From an uncultured Planctomycetales bacterium (GTDB lineage: Bacteria > Omnitrophota > Gorgyraeia > Gygaellales > Profunditerraquicolaceae): DNA of 64,000 nt. Position numbers and translations under genes: made by a program. Positions 49,701-61,700 of this stretch are shown here, in pieces (the stretch's first letter is position 1; each line of letters starts with the position of its first letter). Where the stretch lies: contig CAZJFL010000001.1 of NCBI GenBank assembly GCA_964545575.1, positions 221,812 through 285,811 on the forward strand, written 5' to 3'. The notes beneath the pieces were generated by a model. That model saw only the letters and a program-made list of their open reading frames with translations, was not told the origin of the DNA and searched no databases.

Positions 49701-52700
49701 ATAACTTCTTCGGTCCGCGATTTATCTAATCCGGCTTTCTCCAGGCCAACCCTTAACCCGTCCTCTTTTTGCAACTCCAACAGCGCCTGTAGTTGTGCAA
49801 AAGAATACCCCTGCCATACTTTATCATTCCAGATATCTTTAGGGTTAAGCTCTGTAGTAGAAACTATTCTGATTTTTTCTTGTGCGCCGTTGGCATTGAT
49901 AATCTTAACATCGCATGCCAACTGACCGGTGGTAATGGCTAACGGCTCTTCGCCTAACTCTTCCACATTCATTATCAGAGCTTTAGACTGAGCATCGATA
50001 TTCTTGATTACGGAATCGATAATAACGGTGCCTTTACGGACCGTGCCTTTATCAATGCGGCTCTTGCCCAGAATAATTACTCCGTCCTCAACCACGACCT
50101 CTTTGCCGAGTTTAACATCCGGGCCAACGATTGTCTTAGGCTTAAAGCCGCTTAAACCGACCAGGCAGCGTAAAATCTCTTCTTTAAAGAGTTGCTGTGT
50201 CGCCTGATAGTATCTTAAATTATCGCCTATCTCAGCCGAATAGGTGCGTCTTCCCGCCTCAAGGTAACCAAAGCTCATTTCGGCTTGCAAGACAGCGAGT
50301 ACTTTCAGCAAATCCTGATTCATATTCTGTTCGGTCTTAGTAATATCCGGACCTTGAGTCCTGCCGGGCTTAAGCAATACAGGTATGCTTCTGGCAGAGA
50401 AGTGATATACGGTAAGGTTATTCAGGGCAACTTCGGTTTTATCCTTGACATATTCTGCCTCTTCGGGAGAACCGCGCCTTAAAAGAGCGGTGATCCCATT
50501 TGTAGCGTCTAACTGCAATACGCCGTAATGCGCCCGGTCAGGAGAATTGACGCTTATGGTGGTCCCGACAATCTGTATATCCTGCCTGTCTACGCCGGTT
50601 AATGGCTCTGATATGGCAATCAGGCGATCAGTGGGCAACACCCATACGCCCGGTTGAGCAGCGCTGTAGAACTGCATACTCTGGCGCAATGCCTGAACGA
50701 GATTAGATTCTCCGTTAATGGAAGCGATCAAACCTTTGTTACCGCGGCCACTGGAGAGAGTGACGGGATAATTACGTTTTCCCTCGCCGCCGGCGAGAAT
50801 CACTAAAAGATTGGAGTGTTCGAAATCAAAACCGGCTTCCCTAAGCAAGTCCAAAGAGCGCAATAAGGCAGAAAGATTTCCGGGTATTGCTTTATTATTT
50901 ATGGGATAGATAAATACGGGAACTACCCCGGCTGCCTTCCTTTGAGATAAAGCTTCCTGCATCAAAGATATGCCTGAAGAATCTTTTGTAATGAGGATAC
51001 GCAGGTTATCCGGCAAGACCCGACCGGCTGCATCTTCGATAATTTGCCGGGTATAAGCAGCGGTTTCCCGGGTAGGTAAGACCAATACCGCATCATAATA
51101 ATGCGCGGAATCAAGCTGGGCTTCTTCGAGGTTGCGACGCTGGGTGCGCATTCCATAAAACGGAGTATCATTATAATAAGTAGTAACCTCTTCTTGACTG
51201 ATGCCCTCTGCGGCTAATATATCTGGGTGCACGTATTTTAAGGCCGCCAGATACATCGCGCCCACTGCCGGCCCAAAGGCAACCGAGAAGTTACCCTTGA
51301 ACTTTTCGCTGATTGCCTGGCCGAACTTTTTGGCGTAATCCGCTTCGGAAGCGATGGCAATCTTTACTTTTGCGGCAACCTGCGGAAATTCTTCTTTCAA
51401 AACTTTCTCTGCGGACTCTTTGACTATTTCTCCGGACCTGCCCATCATCTGGCCGCCAAAGAGTACAAGGTATTCCATGCGTAAATCCTCATAAGCATCA
51501 GCAACGGATATGGCTAAATACCTGCCGATGGTTTCAAACACTTTAATTGCTTTAGCATTACCTGAAGCGGCAAGCTGCTGTGCCCTCCAGGATCTAGCAC
51601 CATAATTATCTTCAGGGATAGCCTCACCTTTATCATCCTTATCCAGGCTTAAGCCTATTTCTTTAGCTAACCTTAAAACTGCGGCCTGCGGGATATATTG
51701 CTGGAGTGCACCTCTGAAACGTAATCCAAAATGCATCTCGGCTTTGGGATGAAAATCGATACTAACCTTGCTCATCTCGCCTAAGAAGTCGGACAAACCA
51801 ACGCTGCCTACATGGCCGCCGGCAAGGCCGGTGCCTACGCCAAAGACCGCGGCATTGCTGACACCAAGAGTAACTGCTGCAGATAAGGCAATCGCATCAC
51901 CGTCATTTAATACGCCTACGGGGATATTACCAAAGGCCTTGGAGATATGCTTGCTTAAAGGAGCGATTCTGGCCCAGAACTCTTCACCGCCGATATTCCG
52001 GAAGAGACGGGCTCCTTCCTGAACGATACGGCCCTCCACTACTGCGGCAGCCATACTTACTCCTACGGCATCTATTTTAACTATATTGATGCCGCAAGCC
52101 TCTACTGCTTTAATGAAGCTATTAATTTCTTTGAGGGTGGCGGTGCGGTTGGCTTCTAAGGTATCCAGCTGAGCACGCAACTGTGCATCGGCATTTGCCT
52201 GGCTGCGTACGGAGATAGCCGCCTGGGCAAACCTGATTAAAGTGACAAATACTTCCAAATGCTTATCTGCGCGATTTAAATTCTGAGGCAAGATTTCCCA
52301 GTTGTGGGCCTTGGTTAGAACAATTTGCCCGTCCTTTACGGCTAAGACCTTGATACTGGTGCCGCCGACATCCAAGGCTACGAAATTACCTTTACTGTAA
52401 TCAATGGTTTCCTGCTCCGCGGCTGCTTCTGTCGAGGTAACTTTAGTCCTGAAGGAAGCGATAGCTTCGGCTGTGGCGCGCAATAAAGCAAATGGCTTCT
52501 CATAAATACCGTTAAAATACATCAGCACGCGTTCATAACGGCCGCCCGGAAGGAGTATCTTGCTTAACTCCTGATAAACTGAATCGCTGGAAAGAATATA
52601 CATCTTGTGGGCGCCACAGCGATATAAGGTATTAATAATACTTAAAGCAATGTAATCGATAATCGCGGCGAATTCTTGCGGATTAATGCCTGCGGGAATC

Positions 52701-55700
52701 TGCCAGCTTAAGATGCGCGGCGCGGATTTACCTCTTTCCAGGGCCACCGTAACCTCTTCGGCCACTCCGGACTTACTGATCATATCTTTTAATCTCCAGC
52801 TCCAGTTGGTGATGGAGTCAAAGTAGTAAGCGCTCTTGGCGGTGGATAAATCTCTGACGGCGGCCAATCCCTGCTGATAATCCGCATCCGCAACGATGCC
52901 GAACTGTTTATTGGCGTAGACGTTAAGGAGAATATCCAGCTGGTTGAGGCGGCTGGCGAAATATTCGTAATTTACCCTGCGGCAGGCAGCTTCATCCGGA
53001 TAGATCGGATGGCTGGTCTCGTGGAGGATTAAATCTAAGAGGGCGATAAAGAAGGCGTAAGAATCCTCATTTGAGAGATTAAACGGAGGCGCGCGGATAG
53101 GCAGACGTTTATCTGAGATAATCTGCGGCGCAATATATTCGCCCATGGACTGGCCTCTTCTATCCTGATAGACAATAAGGTCTAAAGTAGAAACGGGCAA
53201 GCCCAAAACCTTGATGATTTCATTAAGATATAAGCTGAAATTTGCCGTGTCTTTAGTATCAACTTCGGCTTTTTCACCGGGGATGTCAGCAAGGCGAGTG
53301 GGAGACTTATCTTCGTCATCTCTAGTGCCTGTTATCCACCAAGGGTCATTTGGAGTATAATTTATTGCTGGCGGTATTTCTTCTTCTGAGCCTTTATCCT
53401 CTCTAGAAAATCTATAATTTGGACACTGCTCACAACCATCCCGATAAACATCGTTAGCCAAAGTACAAGTCAATGGACTTAATCCATCTCTGCAATGCAC
53501 CCTCTCTTCATTATTTCTACGGACTTCTGTATCATTTTCAACAGTTTGTTTTAAGGTACGTCGCCAAATAGTAATAGACCGGATAGCCAAGAATAAACCA
53601 ACTGCAATACCTACAACAACAAATATCCCTCCTATAATAGGCATAACTCCGATATTCTTAACGACGCCGGAACAGCCAGTTAAAAATAGCGTTGCGGTAA
53701 AAATAGAAATCCAGATCAGAATAGATTTTAACGTTGTCGAAGAATCACTACTCCCCTTTGTTCCAGCTGGCTTCTCACGATTTACTTCGCTATCTGATTT
53801 AGGAATAAATTTCTCGGCTACTTTTGCCATCCCGTCACCCAAAACCTTCTTTATATAACCTTGCCCCAGCTCTGTAGTGCCCTTTTCTACTTGTTTATAG
53901 GTCTTTTCGGCTAGTTCATAAAGCTGTTGCGCATCACTATCTCTCCCATCTAATTTAAATCTCTGCGCCATCTCAAAGAGAATTCTACTAAGAGCGAAAT
54001 CTAAATCCATTTTAAGCCCGGATACAAAATCTTTTATACTCTTAAACTTAAAATTATAAGCTTGGTCGTTCTTAAATCCACCCTTATCAATACTATCCGC
54101 TCTTACTAGTCTCGTAGCATAGTTAGCCAAAACTCGTCTCATATGATAAAACTTATTTATCTCCAGCTCTTCAGCTATTCTGGCGCGATAGGCCTCAGGT
54201 ATCTGTTGAATCTGTTTTTTCACGTAAGCATTCAGATTTAACTTAATGATTGGCTTTAATACTAAGGTCGTTGCCAAGAAATCCCAGAAGATAAAATAAG
54301 GCATGGCTAATAAACCGTGCAATATTGCTTTGCTATATTGTTCACCCTTTAAGCCGGCAATAACTAGCGCGGCGGCAAATATACTGGCAATAATCAAACC
54401 GAACGGCGCAGGGATAGGGATAAGGAAATTGTGGATGATGAATGCCAGGGCGCTTCCGCCAAAGATAATTCCGGGGATCCGCGGACGAGAATGCCCGTTC
54501 TTTAAGAACGGACCGAAGATATAGGCAAAAGGTAATACATAGAATAATAGCTGGGCTACGACAGCATAAGGATGGAAAGGAGCAAAAATGACGATTCCCA
54601 GAAGTATCACTCCCCAGGTGATAGAGGGCCTAAAAATTTCATATAATTCTTTAAAAGATTGAGAAGTAAGGATTGCGCCTTTTGCCCCTTTACTGAACTC
54701 TCCGCTCACCCCCTCCAAGGCATCGCGCATCTTCTTTTCCTGGATGGCGTTCAGAGGTAAGAAGGTGAAGATAAGACTCCAGAATCTTTGTCTATAGGCG
54801 GCGTATCCCTTCCAGAATCCTAGCTTGCTGGTCAAAGTCCTGATGCCGCCGGCGGTAATGGACTGGGAAAGGATAAAATACAGGCCGATAAAGAATAAAG
54901 GAAGCGCCAGATATGAGAACGGTGAGAAGGAAAGGAATAAGGCAAAGATGAATATTAATTCATTGTAACGCGGGATAATCGGCTCATTGAAATAATGGTC
55001 ATTGTTCAAGAAAAGCGTCAGTTTCTGCGTCCAATGCAGATTCTCAGCTCTTAGCATCTGCTGATAGTGGACAGATAATGCATCATCAAGCACTAAACCG
55101 CCAAACCTGTCTACGAAATTAGGCATCCCGAAGTTCTCTTTTTCCCTGGCTCTTCCTAAGATCATCAGCGGACTATATTCGGTATAGTAGCCGGCCTTAG
55201 AAAATTCGTTGCCCATCGCAGAATCCTCAATATTAGACATATAGACGGCATACGACCTCATTACCGACGCCCGGATAATCATCGGGCCATAACAGCTGGT
55301 GGTACCGATTCTTGGCTCAACAGCAAGCATCCTGGTATTCCAGTTATTCTCGGCTACGCTCTGGTCTTTGTTAGTGGCGGTCATGCCTTCATCGGCAACC
55401 TGCAGATTAGTCAAAACCACGCCCAGTTTAGGATTATTAGTAAATTTGTAGGCAATAAAAGGCAGGCAGAAAGCATCCGCGGGGAACAAGGTATGCTCCC
55501 AGTCAGTATTGAAGATAACGCCGTCTAAATCATTGATAAACTTAAAGGCAAAACCCCAGGAGTTGCCCTTAGCCAACCACGCTGCCCCGGCAGGATTGAC
55601 ATCGGTGAAATCAGCGATGGCCATCGGCTTACGCTCGTTCGGGTTGTTCGGATTAAGCGCCCAAGGACCGCCACATTCATCATATAATTTCTGATGCAAC

Positions 55701-58700
55701 ACATCGCCGCCGACCCTGGACTTCTGCCACCAGAAACTGAAAACACCACGGTAATATCTGTCTATATTCGCTTTTACTTTCTCGTCGTCGCCGCCATATA
55801 CATGTCTTAATAATATTCCGTATGCCAAAGTGCCGGCATTTTGCACAAAATTAATGGTTTTATAAATGTTATCTACCCGGTAGACTATCCACTGGGTAAT
55901 AATCATATTGGAAAGCTCTTTTATATGCTGTTCTTGCAGGCCGAGTGCGCCGGCAATTACTTTTTTAGTATTTTCAAAGGAAAGCTGCGAGTCGGTAAGG
56001 GTTATTAAAATGTCCTTTAAGTCGCCTGCGGATAGGCCGGTCAACAACCTGTCGACCTCTTCTGCTGTAAGGTCGGCAAAGAACAGGTTGACCGTTTCCT
56101 CATCTATGCCGCCTTCCCTACCTCCCAATAGATATCTTAAATAGGCCTCCCAATCTCCGGCAAACGCTTCTTTAATCAGCCTGAATGTACTCTTAATCGC
56201 CTTCGGATCATCGAGATTCTTTTCATTTACAAAGGCATCTTGCAGAAAACCAGTGATTTTAGCGACCACCGGTAGGAACTTGGTAGATGGCCCTTCGCCA
56301 TTTAAGTATGCTGCATCGTTGGACAGAATTTGTTCTTTGACCTTTTCAAAAATATGCACTCTGCGGCCACCCTCTTCTACATACCAATTTAGATAAATCC
56401 TTGCCTGATTGAAGAACTCGACGATTTTCTTTCTAGCCCGGGGATTACGTAATTGCGGTAATATATAGGAGTCGCCGTCTATAAAATCCATCATGGCCTT
56501 TGCCTCTGCAGTAGTAATAAGCCGATAGTAAAGCAGGCCTTTTTCTATGACTAGGACTTTAAAGACATCCCTTAGGTAGCCATTTTGTCTGATGCTATCT
56601 ATTACATCTGTCTGGCGATTCAGCTTTTCGTAAGCCTTGGCGCTATCCCATTCTTCATTTAGTTCAATACTTAACCGTTTTGCCTCTACCATCAGGCTCC
56701 ACCAGCTGCGCATTGCCACCCTGATATTTATAAAATAAATCAATATGGCAACAGGCCAGCCTATTGGAGGGAGAACTCCGATTATATAAAAGAGACTGGC
56801 AGCTCCTAAAAGGAAATTAGAACCGATCCACCAATTAAAATATTTCTTAAAGAAATCGGTCTTTTCTTTAATTACCGCAGAATTTGTATCGCCATTAAAT
56901 TTATTCCTATAAAGATAGATTGTATCCAGTGCCTTTGTCCAATACGCAAAATGAAACTTAAGATATGGCAGTATTCTCCATGTCTCTAATATCGTAAGCG
57001 CATATATAAAACCTACAAAGAGTAATCCCGAAAGCGGAATAGTACCTATTAAAGATACAAAAGTTATAGTTAAACCAATAGCAGCCAATGCAGTAATAAC
57101 TTTTCGTATGCCCTTACGCATATACGGATATACCGGCTGCTTTAATCCTTTTTCCTGATATTTCTGCTTAAGATAATCTAGCCATTGTTTAATAATCTCT
57201 TCGATGACTTGCGCCTTCTTTACGGAGGATAAACTAAGCAGGCCTTTACCGATATCCGGTAATAATCTTTCCTGGACGGGGCAGTTGAGCTGATATTTGT
57301 TAAAGAAAGCAAAGCCTGTTATCGGGTCTCTTTTCTCTTCGGCGCAAAACTCTAATAAACGCCTTAATTCCCTATCCGTAAACATAAATGTATCTTTAGT
57401 CATCTTTTTACGCCCCGGGCTATAATAGTCCTGCCAAGTGCCAAAATCCTGGGCCAGCATTGCTAAGAAGAAACATGCTACCGGTTCGATGATTAATTTC
57501 TCCAATTCAGTAAGCTCTATGTCTAATTTATTCTTATAGGCATCTTCTACTTTATCTTTACCTAATCTATCCTGCCGCTCAGAAACCTCTACTTTGAACT
57601 TCTTCTTTAACTCTTCCAGGCCGCCCTGCTGTTCGCCTTCCGCATATAACCTGATAAGATAATAGGTAAAAGGCCCGACGAGGTCAATCTTGGAGACGAT
57701 ACGGGAAATCCTGTAGAATTTATCTTCCAGCCATTCTCTCTTGAAGACTTCAAAGGCTTTAGCCGGCTCTCTTTGCGTATGAATATTTCTTATGAGAGGT
57801 TCTATCTCCTTAATTGCTTCGTTGGGATCAAAATGTTTAGTAACTGGCAACTTATTCATCTTCATATATCTTATTTTTATATAGCCTTTATAAATTAATT
57901 TAAATGGCAGGCTGGAAAGCCACATCAGGAAGTTGATAGGTTTACCTGGCCATGTATAGAACCAATCATACCACTTCTTTTTTGTTTTAAAATTAGTTAA
58001 GGAAAGGCAGCGGGTCACCCATAGCAATAAAGCAGCCAATGAAGTCCCGAGCAGAAACAATCCTAAACCAATAACTGTAACCATAGGCTTAAACGTTCCC
58101 CTCTCTTGTGGCTTAAGGATAAAGTTATAAATCCAATTATTCTTGGAATGCTCCCGGAAGTGGATCTTAAAAAACTCTCTTATACTTCCCTTGTAATCCT
58201 TGCGGAATATCGGCCTGAATCTGCTGGTATGTTCTTTTATTGTAGCGCCTAGGAACATCAGGGTGCCATTACGCAATTGAGGTTGCTCTGCCTTAGCCTC
58301 CGCAAGAATCCGTATCCTCGGCGTATTATCGGTTAACTGATTGCCATCGACGAAGGTATTAATACCCCTATTTATTCCGGAGAGCATATTTCTGCTTACA
58401 TCGCTACTCCAAACCCACATAAACCCTGGCTTATCTTTTAGCAAGATGACGTAATGCTTAAAGTATGGCTCTTCTGACGCTGGACCAAAAATACCTAAAT
58501 ATTCTCTTTTTACTTCGTTACTAATTGTAGGCAACCCGTAGGCATCATAATATGCCCTGATGGTTTTATCTCTCAGGGGTTTACCGCGGTGAAGCTGAGA
58601 ATACAGCCTTCCGTCCAGCCTTAGAACCATTTGTTTTATGGCTTTATTATTCTCCCTGTTATCTTGCACGTCGTAAATTATTCTGTTCTCTGCGTCAAAT

Positions 58701-61700
58701 CTTAAGTTGCCGGTTCTTGCTCTGGCCTTCTTATTTTTGTAATATTTAGTATCGTCATGGCCCGGAACATAGTTGTAGGTAATGCCTGCTCTGGGAATGC
58801 CGACGTTGAACGGCCCGGCTTCAGCGATAGCAAGCATGCTCTTATTTTCCCCATCGGTATAACTAAAAATGGTATAGAAGGAAGGGTTCACGCCAAAACC
58901 ATCTGCGCCAATACCGGTATGCCAATCAAGCTGAGCGATAACATAGCCCAGGTTGTTATTAATTTCTTCCCTTGTCCTTAAGACATGGAGATCTATGGCG
59001 TCATTAGCAACGAGAGAGTCTAATTGCTCATGGGTATAGGTGCCACCGGATAAAACCGGCTGCCCCTGAGCATCGGTAATGATATTACCCTCTGCGTCTC
59101 TGACAAAAACTAATCCTTCTTTAGTGCGATGGTGTACATTCCCAAAGGCATCTACGCCTGTAGTCTGGGTGATATCAAAAGGCGTCTCGCTGCCGCTACT
59201 GTCGGCAAGAACTATAGTGGTGGCAGACATATCTGGAATACCGTATTGCGCATAGTTGCCATTAAAGAACTGGTAGCTCTTAAGTTCTCCCGCAGGCACC
59301 ACATACTCTCCGCTTGAATCTTGGCGCACAGTCCATTTGCTTAGCAGCCTTCCCTGCTCATCCCTTACTTCCTGCTTATCCTGAGTAATCAGCTTATCTT
59401 TGCCGGTAGCGGCATTCTTACCAAAGAACTCGTCGTGCCTGAGGTAAATAATCCTCATCCAGCCTTTACCCATCTCCAGCTTCTCCAACCCAGACTTGCT
59501 GATGGCGCCGCTGCCTGCGTTTAATAATTGCGGTTGTATATCCTTAAACACCTTGCCTGCTAATAACTGCGGTTGGCCTTTGGTATCCAAGACATAGATC
59601 TGATCCAACGAATCGTTCAGATAACGCGTGCCGTCCTTGGCAAAAAGTAAACGCAAGTCATTGTTATACCAGCCATAAGTATAAGTCTCCGCCGGTACCT
59701 CCAAATGGGAAAGCTGGGCTGCGCTATAGCTATTATGATTAAAACGGAAATCTTTATAGGTAAAGACTTCTTCTGTGCCCCTCTTGAACTCTTTACTCAA
59801 CTGCTCAATAACTACAAGGTCCTGCTGTGCTCTTAATCTAGCTAACAGGGCGTGGAGGTTGTCTCTGGTGGCATACTTATCCTTGCCCAGATACTGGCCG
59901 TTATATTCTCCCCTGAACCTGCGCTGTAAAATACCGTACTGGTCTCTCTCTTCGACAAAGAAATTGTTATTAGCTACGTCGAATGCCAGCCACTGGTCGC
60001 GGCCTAAGGAAACAGCAAGGCTTAAGATTTCATTAGCGGGCTTGCCATTTATATACGGATAATCCACACTTCCGACCTTGGTGCCGTTAGCATCATAGAT
60101 AATCGCTCTTATTTTACCGACGGCATCGTTAATGGAAACGAGCTCCCGCCCGGTCTGGTTATCAAATACCGAGCGCCATCTTTTTACTATCGCGCCGCTA
60201 TCATCCAGGGCCTGTATTTGCGCCGTAGTGTAGCAGGTATCATCATTTTCTAAATCGTATAAACTATTATTGAATAAGCTGTCGCCGGTCTGCCTCATCC
60301 ATTCTTTTATACCCTCTACTTCGGGATTCGGATATTGTCTTTCTGTTGGCCCGGACTGAGACTGAAATATTTTCTTGCCTACCCTATAGCCTTGCTCATT
60401 CCATTCGTAGGTCTCGCGCACAATCGGATCGCCCGCAGCATTCACCTTATGGATAACATTGTCTTCAATGATGTAGCGTTGCTTTCCTGCGGCGGTAGAG
60501 AGCTCATCCTGAACCACTTTACCGAGCGTATCCAGGCTCTGGGTGCGGGTTAAGCGCCCTCCAGAAACGAAGGGATCATTTACCTGCCAAGAAACCGCCC
60601 AGCCAATGTTTCCATCAATATTATCCGGAGATAGCCCTGCGCCATCAAGCGTGACAAACGCGCCGTTATCGGCAAAATAGTAACGCCGGGCAAGAACCTC
60701 TCTGCCGGTGTAATTGTGCTGCTGGCGGATATACTCAGGCAGAGCCGCAGCTCTTTCGTCTAAATCAACATTAGCCTCGCCTTCTACGCGATAAGTAATG
60801 TATTGCGGAATAGTTAATATGGTACCATTCTCGATTTTTACGGTATCATCCTCAATTTTTCTGGTGATGTAGCGCGGGCGGCTGTAGAACTGCGCCACCT
60901 CTTCTCCGCTAGAGGTATCCACGCCAAAGGTTCTTTCGAGCGCTCCCGCTACAGAGGTGCGCTGAGATACCACCACAGTCCTCTCGCCGCCATTAGGCAA
61001 CGGCAGAGTCACCTGATGCACGGCATCCACATAGGCAATAGGCGCGTTTTCCTCGAATAAGCCGTTGTCTTCCAGTACATAGATAGTGGAATGCAGAAGG
61101 CTGTTGATTACTTCTATCTCGTGATCCGCTAAATATACCCGCTGAATAACCCGGCCATCGGCATCTAATTTAATAATCTGGGTTAGTCCGGCGGTTAATT
61201 CTTCTTTATTAGGAATTAAATCTCCGGGTTTGATGAAATAGCCGTAGTCTTTATCTTTGAGCACCACGAGGTAATTTTCTGCCTGCAGTCTAGCTAAGTA
61301 GGCGCGGCCGTCGCCGTTTAATTCCATCACCGCATCTTTGCCGTTAAATCCGGGCAGGCCTTTGACCCGCAGCACATTGTATTTACCTTCGCGGGTGGTA
61401 GTCATGTGATAAACCTTGCCGCTATCCTGGCTGCTTAATCCCTGATTAGAATATAATTGCGCAAGGGTGGCGGTGTCAGTGACAGCGGTGCGATAACCTT
61501 GATGCGTATCCGAGCCGTACATCCAGCCGATGACTTTCTTGGCGCTCTCAGGTAAAGCAGTCCTTGCAATATCCTCTCCCTGTACGGTATAGGTATTCCC
61601 TTCTTTAACCCAGTAGAATTGATCCCCTGCCAGATAAAGATTATTCTGCAGGAAAGCTAAATCTGCCTCCAGCATCGGCATGCCGGATCTGACAATCGTA

